Shown here one piece after another: positions 10,004-20,142 of a stretch of DNA of 64,000 nucleotides. The notes beneath the pieces are model-generated. The model did no database searches. It was not told where the DNA came from and worked only from the letters and a program-made list of their open reading frames with translations. Numbering within the stretch: position 1 is the stretch's first letter; each line of letters begins with the position of its first letter. The position numbers and the translations under genes are program-made. The DNA lies in contig DATGJB010000055.1 in the NCBI GenBank assembly GCA_035295425.1, positions 33,698 through 97,697 on the forward strand, read 5' to 3'. The stretch is from Chloroflexota bacterium (lineage in GTDB: Bacteria > Chloroflexota > UBA5177).

Positions 10004-11782
10004 TCACGGATGGGCAATCCCCACGAACCAGGTGCTGACATCGGTCGCTCCGCCGGCCACCCCGGTACTGCCGGACACTGACTGGATGGGGGCGAGGAAT
10101 GGCAGAACCATGGATCTGTACTGCGATTGGTCGGCCGGCGGCGCCGTCGGGAGGATCGCCCTCTCCAGCTGCACGCGCAGATCGTGGGCATTGATGTAGA
10201 AGACGCTGCGGTTGGTCGCCCCCGGCGTCAGTCCCTTCCGGTACGCGCGCACCGTGTCCAGGCTCGACGCGGGCGGCGTGGCCAGGTTCGCGATAGTCCG
10301 GCCGATCGACAGCGAGACGACTGCCCACCCCCGCCGCACCGCGTAGCCGTAACCGCCGGCATTTGTGTGGTAGACCGTGCCGTCCACCGCCGACATCGCG
10401 CGCAATTGGCGTCCGAGCTGCATGCGCCGGACGAGGTCCTGTAGATGGGCAGTGGTCGAGCGCTCGCTGCCCACCTGCCAGAGCAAGGCGAGGGGAATCG
10501 TGGTTCCGGTCCCACCACTCAGGCTCAGCGTGCCGGCTGGCCGGAAGAACACCAGATCGGCCTCACCCGAGAGATCGGCAGTGAGATCGTTTACCGCGGA
10601 CGCCACCATCGTGCCGAGCGAGCCTGCCAGGAGTTGCTGCCGGCGGAGCTGGAGGAGCGTGGTCTGCAGCGGTGAGGCGAGCCCCTGGATCGAGACAAAG
10701 GCGAGCGTTCCGGCATCGAGCTGCGTCGCCAGCTGTCCGGCGGCACTCCGCGGGGCAGAGCCTGAGCCGGCGCTGACCGCGCTCAGGCGCAGCCCGTCGG
10801 GCTCGGCGTACACGGCCGCCATTGAGGAGGAGCGCAGAACCGCGCCGCTCAACGCCGACGAGCCGGCCTCTCCCGCCGCCGAGCGGCGCAACGTCGTGCC
10901 GAGGCCCATGGTCTTGAGAGCCCCTGCACTGAAGTAGTAGCTCGCCACCGAGCCGCCGGGAAGTCGGGCGGCCAGGGCCCGATACTGCGGCGACCCGGCC
11001 AGTGCTTGCGCGCCGGCCGCTACATCGATCACCCGTTCGATTGGGTCGGGCTGGAAGCCGAGAACGATGTATCCTCGGTCCTCGGCGGCGTACACCGTCT
11101 GCGGTGTGCCGGCTCTCACCTTGCCGCACGAGGCGAAGCTCTCCCGGTAGATGGTGACACCTTTGTAGGTGATGGTCGTCGGCTGCAGCGAGAGGTTGAA
11201 TCCGGAGAGGGACCGTGCCAGCGTGAGCTGAACGTCGAGCGACGCTAGAAACACCACATCGTTCTGAACGCTCCTGGGCAGCGTGCTCGCCGCCGCCGGT
11301 GACGCGGTGTTCAATCCCCGCGTGCTGATCAGGGCGACCGCCGCGGCGTGGCCCAGGTCGCCGAGGTGCGAGGTGATCTGCTGCTGTGTCTGGCGGTAGC
11401 AGCTGCCGGCATTCGTGCTCTGGTTTGTCGCGCCCTGGAACTGTTTGGCGACGGCAGACCAGCCTGGCTGATCGGTAAAGGCGTGTTGAATCGCCTCCAG
11501 GTTGTCTCTGGTCGCGCCGGAAGGATTGAGGTCAGCGGCGAGATACACAGCGGTGGCGGCTGGGAGCATCTGTGCCAGGCCGCGGTCGGCCTTGACCGAC
11601 ATGAAAGGAACGGTGAAGGCCGCGGCGGTCCCGCCACCGACGATCAGCAGCGCGATCAGGAGGATCGGCGTCATAATGCCCAGGCCGCGCCGGCCACCCC
11701 GCCGGCCACTACTATGGACCGAGCGAGTATCTTCTTCCGTATCGTCGTCCCAGGCAACCGTTGTGTCGTCCGATTCGTTCAT
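10004..11782 (-). CDS. Membrane-anchored hypothetical protein (acidic N-terminus, single TM, large Ser/Ala/Gly-rich extracytoplasmic domain; possibly DUF3352-like)
   Basis: 592-aa ORF with TM segment ILLIALLIVGGGTAAAF; no catalytic motifs recognised. Confidence 0.45.
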   Translation of the reverse strand: MNESDDTTVAWDDDTEEDTRSVHSSGRRGGRRGLGIMTPILLIALLIVGGGTAAAFTVPFMSVKADRGLAQMLPAATAVYLAADLNPSGATRDNLEAIQHAFTDQPGWSAVAKQFQGATNQSTNAGSCYRQTQQQITSHLGDLGHAAAVALISTRGLNTASPAAASTLPRSVQNDVVFLASLDVQLTLARSLSGFNLSLQPTTITYKGVTIYRESFASCGKVRAGTPQTVYAAEDRGYIVLGFQPDPIERVIDVAAGAQALAGSPQYRALAARLPGGSVASYYFSAGALKTMGLGTTLRRSAAGEAGSSALSGAVLRSSSMAAVYAEPDGLRLSAVSAGSGSAPRSAAGQLATQLDAGTLAFVSIQGLASPLQTTLLQLRRQQLLAGSLGTMVASAVNDLTADLSGEADLVFFRPAGTLSLSGGTGTTIPLALLWQVGSERSTTAHLQDLVRRMQLGRQLRAMSAVDGTVYHTNAGGYGYAVRRGWAVVSLSIGRTIANLATPPASSLDTVRAYRKGLTPGATNRSVFYINAHDLRVQLERAILPTAPPADQSQYRSMVLPFLAPIQSVSGSTGVAGGATDVSTWFVGIAHP

Positions 11783-11880
11783 GGTCCCTTCCCACGTGAG
11801 AGTGCGCTCATCATACTGCTCGTGACGGCGGCATGGGACCCGGAGCGAGATACCACGCTCGAGAAAAGGACTTGTGGACC

Positions 11881-13872
11881 ATGCTGAACCCCCGCCTTCC
11901 GGCTATCTGGTACGGCGCCGACTATAACCCCGAGCAGTGGCCGGAAGCGGTGTGGGCCGAGGATGTGCGCCTGATTCAGCGCGCCGCGATGAACTGCGCG
12001 ACGATCGGCGTGTTCTCCTGGGTACTTCTCCAGCCGGGGCCGGACCGCTGGGACTTCGGGTGGTTCGACCGGGTGATCGAGGGCCTGGCTGGGGGCGGCC
12101 TCTCCGTCATCCTGGCCACGCCGACCGCCGCGCCGCCGGCCTGGCTCTGCCGCGCACATCCCGAGATCCTGCCGGTCGATGCCGGCGGCAGGCGTCTCTG
12201 GTGGGGAAGCCGGCGCCACTACTGTCCGAACAGCCCCGCCTACCGGGAAGCGGCCCGCGAGATTGCCTGTCGACTCGCGGAACGCTACGGCGCGCACCCG
12301 TCGGTGGTGCTGTGGCACATCGACAACGAGTACGGCAAGGTCTGTTACTGCGATCAATGCGCGACTGCCTTCCGGTCCTGGCTGCAGGACCGCTACGGCT
12401 CCCTGCCGGCGCTGAACGATGCCTGGCGCACCGCGTTCTGGAGCCAGGCGTACGACGACTGGGAGGAGATTCTGCCGCCGCGCGCCACACCGAGCTTCCA
12501 CAATCCGGGGCAGGTACTGGACTTCCGCCGCTTCGTGTCCGATTCCTACCTCGGCTGCTTTCTCGAGCAGAAGGCGGTGATTCGCGACCACTCACCGCAG
12601 GTGCCGGTGACAACCAACTTCATGGGCTGGTTCAAAGGTGCTGATTACTGGTCCTGGGCGCCGCACCTCGACGTCATCTCCTGGGACTCGTATCCGCCGC
12701 CGGGTGCGCCGCCGTATCTCCCGGCCGCCTGGCACGACCTGATGCGGAGTCTGAAGCGGCAGCCATTTCTGCTGATGGAGCAGAGCCCGAGCCAGGTGAA
12801 CTGGATGCCCTGCAACCGCCCCCACCCGCCGGGCGCGCTGCGGCTGCAGAGCATGCAGACGCTGGCCCGCGGCGCGGACGGCATCTGCTACTTCCAGTTC
12901 CGGCAGAGCTCGGGCGGTCCGGAGCAGTTCCACGCCGGAATCGTGCCGCATGCCGGCGCCGAGCGGTCCCGGGTCTTTGCCGAGGTGGCGGAGCTGGGCG
13001 CCCAGCTCCACAGCCTGGGCTCGCGGACCACGGGGGCCGAGATCCGTGCTCGGGTGGCGATCGTCTTTGATTGGGCGAGCTGGTGGGCGATGGAGCAGCC
13101 GCCGATGATCACCGCCGAGCTCAGCTACCGCGAGGAGATCCTGCGCTACTACCGCGCCTTTTGGTCGCTGAATGTCGCGGTCGACTTCGTGCGCCCTACC
13201 GATCCGCTTGACCGTTACGCAATGGTGGTGGCGCCGGTGCTGCGAATCGTGACCGAGGAGATCGCAGGCAACTTCGAGCGCTTTGTCCGCGGCGGCGGCG
13301 CGCTCCTCCTCACCTTCGGGTCCGGGCTGACCGACGGCAACGATCGCGCCCACCTCGGCGGCTATCCAGGTTTGCTCCGCGAGCTGTTCGGCATCTGGAT
13401 CGAGGAGCTCGATCCGCTCTGCGACGACGCGGCGGAGCAGGCGGGCGGCACGGTGGGCGAATGTACCTGCCGGCGCTGGTGCGATGCCATCCACCTCGAG
13501 GGGGCCACGGCCCTCGCGACTTACCGCTCCGGTTTCTGCGCCGGCCTGCCGGCGATCACCGAGCATCGGTGCGGCGAGGGCAAAGCCCTCTATATAGGAA
13601 CGGCGCCGGATGATGCCGCGCTTGCCGCGCTCCTCGCCGGCTATGCCGCTCCCCTCGACATAACAGCGCCGCTTCAGGTTCCATCCGGCGTGGAGGCCGT
13701 CCAGCGCTGGAGCGGCGGCCAGCCGCTTACCTGGGTGCTCAATCACACCCGGGACGAAGCCACGATTCGGCTTCCCGAGCCGGTGCGCGATTTGCTGACC
13801 GGGCGGGACCTGGCCGGCGACGTGCAGCTCGCGAGCCAGGACGCGCTTCTCCTGGGATCGCTCGAGGATTGA
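11881..13872 (+). CDS. GH42 beta-galactosidase
   Basis: N-terminal WYGADYNPEQWPE, GH42 catalytic-region motifs (HIDNEYG, FMGW); 663 aa from the internal ATG 11881. Confidence 0.85.
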   Translation: MLNPRLPAIWYGADYNPEQWPEAVWAEDVRLIQRAAMNCATIGVFSWVLLQPGPDRWDFGWFDRVIEGLAGGGLSVILATPTAAPPAWLCRAHPEILPVDAGGRRLWWGSRRHYCPNSPAYREAAREIACRLAERYGAHPSVVLWHIDNEYGKVCYCDQCATAFRSWLQDRYGSLPALNDAWRTAFWSQAYDDWEEILPPRATPSFHNPGQVLDFRRFVSDSYLGCFLEQKAVIRDHSPQVPVTTNFMGWFKGADYWSWAPHLDVISWDSYPPPGAPPYLPAAWHDLMRSLKRQPFLLMEQSPSQVNWMPCNRPHPPGALRLQSMQTLARGADGICYFQFRQSSGGPEQFHAGIVPHAGAERSRVFAEVAELGAQLHSLGSRTTGAEIRARVAIVFDWASWWAMEQPPMITAELSYREEILRYYRAFWSLNVAVDFVRPTDPLDRYAMVVAPVLRIVTEEIAGNFERFVRGGGALLLTFGSGLTDGNDRAHLGGYPGLLRELFGIWIEELDPLCDDAAEQAGGTVGECTCRRWCDAIHLEGATALATYRSGFCAGLPAITEHRCGEGKALYIGTAPDDAALAALLAGYAAPLDITAPLQVPSGVEAVQRWSGGQPLTWVLNHTRDEATIRLPEPVRDLLTGRDLAGDVQLASQDALLLGSLED

Positions 13873-13936
13873 CCTGGCGGAGGCCGGGCTCCTCTGGTGA
13901 TCCGGCCTGCAGGCCCCGTAACGGTCGGGCTGGCCC

Positions 13937-15670
13937 TCACATCTCGAGACTGAACCAGTAAAACCCGTAGGGCGCCAGGGTCAGCAGGTAGGGCAGCTCG
14001 CCGATCGGCGGGAAGCGAACATCGCCCAGCAGCTCGACCGGCGTGCGGCCGTTGAAGCGCCGGAGATCGAGCTGCACCGGTTGGGCGAGATGCGAGAGGT
14101 TGCAGACGCACAGCACGATGGTGGCGCCGTGCGCACGGAGGAAGGCGAAAGTCGCGGGATTGTCGGGCTGCAGCGCCTCGAAGGCGCCCTCGCCGAAGAC
14201 CGGCCAGGTGCGGCGAACCGCCAGGAGCTGATGCACCCAGTGCAGCAGCGATGACGGGTTGCGGAGCTGGGCCTCGACGTTGACCGATGGGAAGCCGTAC
14301 ACGGGATTCATGATCGGGGGCAGATGGAGCACGTCGAAGTCGGCCCGGCTGAAACCGCCATTCCGGTCGCTCGACCACTGCATGGGCGTGCGCACGCCGT
14401 CCCGATCGGGTAGGTAGATGTTGTCGCCCATGCCGATCTCGTCCCCGTAGTAAAGAATCGGACTACCCGGCAGGGCAAGCAGGAGGGCGGTGAAGAGCTC
14501 GATCTTGGGGCGGGCGTTGTCGAGCAGCGGCGCCAGCCGCCGCCGGATGCCGAGATTCAAGCGCATCCGGGGCTCGGGCGCGTACTCCGACCACATGTAC
14601 TCGCGCTCCTCCTCGGTCACCATCTCCAGTGTGAGCTCGTCGTGGTTGCGCAGGAAGATGCCCCACTGGGTGCCGGGTGGAAGGGGAGGCGTCCGCTCCA
14701 GGATCGAGACGATCGGCGACCGGTCTTCCTGCCGCAGCGCCATGAAAAGGCGCGGCATGAGTGGGAAGTGGAAGTTCATCTGGCACTCGGGACGTTCCGG
14801 CGTCCCGAAGTAGGCGACCGCTTCGTGCGGCCACTGGTTGGCCTCGGCGAGAAGGACGCGGCCCGGGAACTCTCGGTCGACCACGGCACGGAGATCGGCG
14901 AGGAAGGCGTGCGTCGCCGGGAGGTTCTCGCAGTTGGTCCCCTCTTCCTCGTACAGGTAGGGAACGGCGTCGAGTCGGAATCCATCCATCCCCAGGCGCA
15001 GCCAGAACCGGACCACGTCGAGCATCGCGGAGCGTACCTCCGGGTTCTCGTAGTTGAGATCCGGCTGATGCGAAAAGAAGCGATGCCAGTAGAACTGTCC
15101 GGCCTCTTCGTCGAAGGTCCAGTTCGAGGGTTCGGTATCGAGGAAGATGATCCGCGCGTCCCGGTACCGATCGGGTGTATCCGACCAGACGTACCAGTCA
15201 CGATAAGGGCTGTCGGGACTGGAGCGCGCCGCCTGAAACCAGGGGTGGTCGCTACTGGTGTGGTTCATCACCAGGTCCACGATGACGCGCATGCCGCGGC
15301 GGTGTGCCTCGTGCAGGAGCAGCTCCACGTCGTCGACGGTGCCGAAGGCGGGCTGGACCGTGTAGTAGTCGGCGATATCGTAGCCGCCGTCACGCAGCGG
15401 GCTTGCATTGATTGGAAGCAGCCACAGGCAATCGATCCCCAGCCACTGCAGGTAGTCGAGGCGCGAGATCAGGCCGCGGATGTCGCCGATGCCGTCCCGG
15501 TTGCTGTCCTGGAAGGCCCGCAGCGGCACCTCGTAGAAGACCGCGCGTCGAAACCAGAGGGGGTCGTCGGCGAGCTCCCGGGGCTCGCCGGCAGCCTCGG
15601 TCAGCGGTAGTCTGTCATCGGGCGGCGCGATCGAGGACTCATTCATGGCCCGATCTCGAGCCACGCGCAT
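13937..15670 (-). CDS. treS: Trehalose synthase (maltose alpha-D-glucosyltransferase), GH13
   Basis: GH13 motifs [28 protein letters not shown] and the TreS-type C-terminus PYGFYWFSL; start could be 15670 or 15646. Confidence 0.8.
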   Translation of the reverse strand: MRVARDRAMNESSIAPPDDRLPLTEAAGEPRELADDPLWFRRAVFYEVPLRAFQDSNRDGIGDIRGLISRLDYLQWLGIDCLWLLPINASPLRDGGYDIADYYTVQPAFGTVDDVELLLHEAHRRGMRVIVDLVMNHTSSDHPWFQAARSSPDSPYRDWYVWSDTPDRYRDARIIFLDTEPSNWTFDEEAGQFYWHRFFSHQPDLNYENPEVRSAMLDVVRFWLRLGMDGFRLDAVPYLYEEEGTNCENLPATHAFLADLRAVVDREFPGRVLLAEANQWPHEAVAYFGTPERPECQMNFHFPLMPRLFMALRQEDRSPIVSILERTPPLPPGTQWGIFLRNHDELTLEMVTEEEREYMWSEYAPEPRMRLNLGIRRRLAPLLDNARPKIELFTALLLALPGSPILYYGDEIGMGDNIYLPDRDGVRTPMQWSSDRNGGFSRADFDVLHLPPIMNPVYGFPSVNVEAQLRNPSSLLHWVHQLLAVRRTWPVFGEGAFEALQPDNPATFAFLRAHGATIVLCVCNLSHLAQPVQLDLRRFNGRTPVELLGDVRFPPIGELPYLLTLAPYGFYWFSLEM

Positions 15671-15788
15671 GAACGATCAGGTGGAACAGAATCCCTCCCA
15701 CGTCTCCACTGTAGAGGCCGGCCATTCGACACTCAAAGCGCGCCGGCCCTTTCCCGGTCGGGCATGCGATCATGCGGATTGTCGGGGA

Positions 15789-15817
15789 GATGCTACGAAG
15801 ATGCTACAATCGTAGCA
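15789..15817 (+). promoter_or_regulatory. Candidate vapB operator: direct repeats GATGCTAC (15789-15796, 15800-15807) plus palindrome TGCTACAATCGTAGCA (15802-15817) immediately upstream of the antitoxin start
   Basis: Repeats and palindrome read directly; TACAAT -10-like hexamer 15805-15810. Confidence 0.35.
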
Positions 15818-15819
15818 CG

Positions 15820-16077
15820 ATGATGGTTGGCGCGCGGGATCTGCGGAACGATACTGCCGGGCTCCTCCGGCGGGTGCAGGCTGGGGAGGAGGTCGTGATC
15901 ACGGTCAAAGGCAGACCGGTCGCCCGGCTGAGCCCGGTGAGCCACAGTCGCCGGCGATGGCTGCCACGGGCCGAGCTCGTCGATCGCCTGCGCGGCCGCC
16001 AGGCCGACCCTGGCTTGCGTGATGACATTGCCCGGCTCGCCGGCGACAGTACCGACGATCTGGGACCCGTGCGGTGA
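15820..16077 (+). CDS. vapB: Type II antitoxin (Phd/YefM / VapB-like)
   Basis: 86-aa product from ATG 15820 with the Phd-like N-terminus (ARDLRNDTAGLLRRVQAGEEVVITVKGRPVARL); stop overlaps vapC start (GTGA). Confidence 0.7.
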   Translation: MMVGARDLRNDTAGLLRRVQAGEEVVITVKGRPVARLSPVSHSRRRWLPRAELVDRLRGRQADPGLRDDIARLAGDSTDDLGPVR

Positions 16078-16478
16078 TCCGAGCGACGCGGGGCGTGCTC
16101 GATACCAGCGTCTTCATCGCCAGGGAATCCGGACGCCAGCTCGACGAGGGGCAGCTTCCCGATGAGCTGGCGGTGTCGGTGGTAACGCTCGCCGAACTGC
16201 AGGCCGGGGTACTGGTGGCCGCCGATACCGAGACGCGGGCGGCTCGACTCGCCACTCTGGATGTGGTTGCCGACATAGAGGTACTGCCGATCGATGAGCC
16301 CGCGGCCCTGGCCTGGGCTCGGCTGCGCGTTCATCTCGCCGAGGCGGGCCGCCGCGTCACTGTCAATGACCTGTGGATCGCCGCCACCGCGGTATCTCGG
16401 GGCCTCCCGGTTGTCACCCAGGATGCGGACTTTGACCCTCTGGAGGATATCGCCGGCCTGACGATCGTGCGGGTTTGA
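16074..16478 (+). CDS. vapC: PIN-domain toxin VapC
   Basis: GTG start overlapping antitoxin stop; PIN acidic residues (LDTSV, TLAEL, QDADF). Confidence 0.8.
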   Translation: MIRATRGVLDTSVFIARESGRQLDEGQLPDELAVSVVTLAELQAGVLVAADTETRAARLATLDVVADIEVLPIDEPAALAWARLRVHLAEAGRRVTVNDLWIAATAVSRGLPVVTQDADFDPLEDIAGLTIVRV

Positions 16479-16951
16479 GCGATCGAGGAAGAGCGACGCT
16501 TCACCCTGATGGGCAGACCAGACAGGGAGGCACTGCCGGCAAAGTTCGGCCAGCTCTCTGAGCTGCGCAACAGCCTCCGCCACAGTCGCGCGGTTGACGA
16601 GGTTACCCGGAAGGAGGGTGAGGCGGCGCTGCTGTGGTTTGAGCGGGTGCTCGCGAAACCACAGCAGTAACGTCGTAGCGGAGCGCTTCAGCGCGTGCAA
16701 ACCCCTCGCGCGCTGCCCCCCGTGCCCGCATCCTCCCACCATCAGGAACTCCGCGTGAAGGCCGGCCATCCGCTCCGCCGTGAAGCGGCCGGCCATCGCC
16801 GCGTGCTTGGTCGCTCGCGGCTCGACCGTGTCGGGTGCTCGCGCGCTTCGCGTACCACCTCGGCCATGTACGGCGTGTCTTTGGTCGCCGTTCCTCCGCG
16901 CGGGTCGAGTCCAAAATGCCGATAATGCGTTGCGACTCTTCCGGGCAGACG

Positions 16952-17842
16952 ATGGACCCAGTGATTCGGACCGAGAACCTCACCAAGAGCTACGGTTCCA
17001 ACCGAGGAATCGAAGGGGTAAACCTGACCGTGTGTCAGGGTGAGGTTTTCGGGTTCCTGGGACCAAACGGGGCAGGAAAGACCACGACGATCCGCACTCT
17101 CATGAACTTCCTCCGCCCCACCAGCGGGCGCGCCTGGGTGTTCGGGCTCGACACACAGCGCGACAGTGTTGCGGTCCATGCGCAGCTTGGCAACCTGCCT
17201 TCCGAGTTCTCCTTCGACGAAAAGACCACCGGGAGGGGCTTGATCCGGCTCTTCGCCAGGCTGCGGGGCGTGCGCGACATCACGTACGCCGAGGTGCTGG
17301 CAGAGCGACTCAATGTCGATCTCGATCGCCCTATACGGCGTCTCTCCCGGGGCAACAAACAGAAAATCGGTCTGATCCAGGCCATGTTTCATCGACCGTC
17401 CCTTCTCATCCTGGATGAGCCGACTGGCGGTCTTGATCCCTTGATTCAGGAAGAATTCCTTCACATGGTTGGCGAGGTGCCGACAGAAGGGCGCACAGTC
17501 TTTTTCTCATCCCATAACCTGCCGGAGGTAGAGCGAGTCTGCGATCGGGTCGGGATCATCCGTGAGGGCAAGCTGGTCACAGTCGAGACGATCGACTCGC
17601 TGCTCGGAAAGCGCGTGAGGCTCGTCACCCTCACCTTCACCGGGCCGATCGATTCCTCCCCATTTGCCCGGATTCCGGGGATCAGCGATGTCAGAGTGGC
17701 GGGCAATAGCATCACGTTCCATGCCTCTGACAGTCTCGATCCCGTCGTCAAGCTGGCGGCTCAGCACACCCTGGTCGACCTCAGTGTCGAGCGTCCCTCC
17801 CTGGAAGAGATCTTCCTCACATACTACGGTGGCCACCCATGA
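16952..17842 (+). CDS. ABC-2-type transporter ATP-binding protein
   Basis: Walker A GPNGAGKTT, LSRGNKQK signature, Walker B LILDEP; stop overlaps permease start (ATGA). Confidence 0.85.
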   Translation: MDPVIRTENLTKSYGSNRGIEGVNLTVCQGEVFGFLGPNGAGKTTTIRTLMNFLRPTSGRAWVFGLDTQRDSVAVHAQLGNLPSEFSFDEKTTGRGLIRLFARLRGVRDITYAEVLAERLNVDLDRPIRRLSRGNKQKIGLIQAMFHRPSLLILDEPTGGLDPLIQEEFLHMVGEVPTEGRTVFFSSHNLPEVERVCDRVGIIREGKLVTVETIDSLLGKRVRLVTLTFTGPIDSSPFARIPGISDVRVAGNSITFHASDSLDPVVKLAAQHTLVDLSVERPSLEEIFLTYYGGHP

Positions 17843-18681
17843 CGGCGGGGATGCAGACGGTCACCGGTTTCCGCTCCCGGCCACCAGTCCGCAGCCAGAT
17901 TCGTGTACTCACCACCCACCTGCTTCGAGGCCAGGTTGTCAGCATCTTCGTCTGGGGACTGGCGCTCGGCGCCTACAACGTGCTGGTCGTCCTCTCATAC
18001 CCCGCCTTCAAGAACAACATCGCGCAGGAGCTGAGCCACCTTCCCCCTTCGGCACGCGCGCTATTCGGCGTGCAAGGGAATGGAGCCACCATCGAAAGCT
18101 GGCTGGCAATCAACACCTTCAACCTCATCGCTCCGCTCGCTCTCGCCTTTTTTCCTATGGTCATCGGCGCCCGATCAGTCGCCGGTCGTGAGGAGCGCCA
18201 GGGTATGGATCTCTTGCTGGGTAACCCGCTGCCCCGCTGGGTGCTGGTCGTGTCGAGCGGGCTGACGGTAGGCATCGGGCTGCTGGGCATCCTCGTTCCC
18301 TTCGGCCTTCTCACCTGGTGGTCCACGATCCTCATTGGCGTACACCTTCCCATCGCCAGAGCCGGCGCCGCCGTGCTCAATTTGTGGCCACTATGCCTGT
18401 GGTTCGGGACACTGGCACTCCTCTGCTCGTCACTCGTGCGCCGTTCCTCGCTCGCGATCGCCATTCCAGGTGCCGTGTTGCTCGCCATGTATGTTGGCGA
18501 AGCCCTCGGCAGCACCAATCCTGGTGTCCGCTTCCTCCGCTCCGTCTCGCTCTTTCACTATTACGGCTCGGCCATCGAGCACGGCATGCCCTGGGTCTCC
18601 TTTCTCGGGATCTCGCTGCTTGCCGTGGCGCTGGCGGTCCTGGCCGCGCTTGCCTTCGCCCTGCGGGACGTCTATACCTGA
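17839..18681 (+). CDS. ABC-2-type transporter permease
   Basis: Six predicted TM helices, translationally coupled to the upstream ATPase. Confidence 0.7.
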   Translation: MTAGMQTVTGFRSRPPVRSQIRVLTTHLLRGQVVSIFVWGLALGAYNVLVVLSYPAFKNNIAQELSHLPPSARALFGVQGNGATIESWLAINTFNLIAPLALAFFPMVIGARSVAGREERQGMDLLLGNPLPRWVLVVSSGLTVGIGLLGILVPFGLLTWWSTILIGVHLPIARAGAAVLNLWPLCLWFGTLALLCSSLVRRSSLAIAIPGAVLLAMYVGEALGSTNPGVRFLRSVSLFHYYGSAIEHGMPWVSFLGISLLAVALAVLAALAFALRDVYT

Positions 18682-18770
18682 GTAGCGTCCGGACTGTCCT
18701 CGGGGTGCCGGCGATTTCAAGAAGCGTTCAAAATTCTCCGGCGCCGCCCTGCGGGTTTCGAAGGGCACTC

Positions 18771-19277
18771 TTACTCGCTTCCCATGGTTCTCTTCGCGGG
18801 CGGGACAACACATGTACGGCCCACAGACGAGGCCGTGGAGAGGATGGAGTAGCCAAGCAGCACTGCGCTCAGGGCGGCGAGAGGCACGAAGAAACGATGG
18901 ATAGCGACGTTGACCGAGAGGATCGCGGCTCCCGAAAACCCGATCAGTGAAAGTACTGCCGGGAGCAGCAAGGGCGCGCAGCAACTCATCGAGGCCGTCC
19001 CGACCAGCAGGCCGAGGACCGAGCCGCCGGTCTCGCCGACCCCGACAAGCGCGATTCGAAAGGCGTACACCTGAAGCGGTAGTGAGACGGCAAGCAGCGA
19101 GGCCAGTATGACGATCGCAGCCATGACGTCCGGTTCGACGAGCATCGATAGGCCGTGTCTGTCGACAATGAGTACCTGCGCCGCCCAGGCATAGAAGATG
19201 GCGACGATGGGGAAGAGAAGAAACGCGGCAACAGCGTAGCGACGCTCCCCAAAGGCCAGCCGAAGCGCGTCGATCAT
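18771..19277 (-). CDS. Small polytopic membrane protein with adjacent-Cys motif (SMSCCAPLLLP), downstream partner of the DUF929 gene
   Basis: About 168 aa from ATG 19277, 4-5 TM helices, 22-nt gap after the DUF929 stop. Confidence 0.45.
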   Translation of the reverse strand: MIDALRLAFGERRYAVAAFLLFPIVAIFYAWAAQVLIVDRHGLSMLVEPDVMAAIVILASLLAVSLPLQVYAFRIALVGVGETGGSVLGLLVGTASMSCCAPLLLPAVLSLIGFSGAAILSVNVAIHRFFVPLAALSAVLLGYSILSTASSVGRTCVVPPAKRTMGSE

Positions 19278-19299
19278 GCCTGGGTCCTGACGAGAGCTG

Positions 19300-20142
19300 C
19301 TACCGGATGGCTCGCTCGATAAGCGGCACCACCCCGGCTCCGCACACACGTGCCGGGTGGTTTCCATCCGCCCTGCAGAGGAAGGCGGTCAACAGATTTG
19401 CCTCGGCATTGACGTCCTTCACGTAGATCGCTTTCCCGTTCTGCTGCAGCTGCCGTTGAACATCGGAGAACGATTTCCCTTGCAGCTCGGCCGGTGAGTA
19501 GTCCGAGCCCGTCATCGCATACCCATCGACGTAGACGAGCGGAATGGAGCCCGAGGAGTCGTAGGAGTTGAAAAGGCGTTGCTCCTGCGCGTCCAGCTTC
19601 TGAAGGGTGTTGCCGGCATTGTCGGCGACATCCTTGTGATCAAAGATCACGTATCGACTTGTGTAGCGGCTCCGAAGCAGATCGAAGGTGGGAAGGCTGT
19701 TGAAGCCGGCCTCTCCGGAGCTGCTGTGACCCTGAGAAAGGTGCGACCAGGTGCCGAATCGCCCCAGCGCCTTGACGACCGCCCAGCGCTCGGCGCCGCA
19801 GAACGGGCAGTACTGGGCGCCGATAAAGAGGAGAACAGCTTTAGAGCCCTGCTGCAATGGAGTCGAGACCCGCTGAAAATTGCCCGTCGAACCAGAGGGC
19901 GCGCTCGCCGTCATGGGGCCGAGCGCTGAGGCTACCGCGACCCCCGATCCACCGGACGCTTCCTGCCGGCCGTAATACACGAAGAGGGCGACGACGACGG
20001 CCAGCGCCAGGCCGGCGCCTCCGTAGCGGAGAGAGCTCTTCCCACGCCATCGCCGTCGGGTCCGCTTATCTACTTCCCGGACACCGCGCTGCTGCCCTTG
20101 CTGCCGGCCAGAGCGCTCTACCTTGGTTGTCTTGTTTGCCAT
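19300..20142 (-). CDS. DUF929 thioredoxin-like protein (CxxC = CPFC), signal-anchored
   Basis: N-terminal TM, motif FIGAQYCPFCGAERWAV characteristic of DUF929. Confidence 0.65.
   Translation of the reverse strand: MANKTTKVERSGRQQGQQRGVREVDKRTRRRWRGKSSLRYGGAGLALAVVVALFVYYGRQEASGGSGVAVASALGPMTASAPSGSTGNFQRVSTPLQQGSKAVLLFIGAQYCPFCGAERWAVVKALGRFGTWSHLSQGHSSSGEAGFNSLPTFDLLRSRYTSRYVIFDHKDVADNAGNTLQKLDAQEQRLFNSYDSSGSIPLVYVDGYAMTGSDYSPAELQGKSFSDVQRQLQQNGKAIYVKDVNAEANLLTAFLCRADGNHPARVCGAGVVPLIERAIR

Noticed and set aside
12592-13746. 384-aa minus-strand ORF
   Set aside because: Antisense to the GH42 beta-galactosidase gene; no recognisable domain.
13873-13936. Short GC-rich inverted repeat (AGGCCGG ... 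CCGGCCT) between the convergent GH42 and treS genes
   Set aside because: The 7-bp stem has no U-tract. It may act as a bidirectional terminator, but the evidence is weak.
14642-15610. 322-aa plus-strand ORF
   Set aside because: Antisense to treS, which has clear GH13 motifs.
15804-17464. Minus-strand ORFs 15804..16796 (330 aa) and 16742..17464 (240 aa)
   Set aside because: They overlap the vapBC pair and the ABC ATPase gene on the opposite strand. Both are composition-biased with no motifs.
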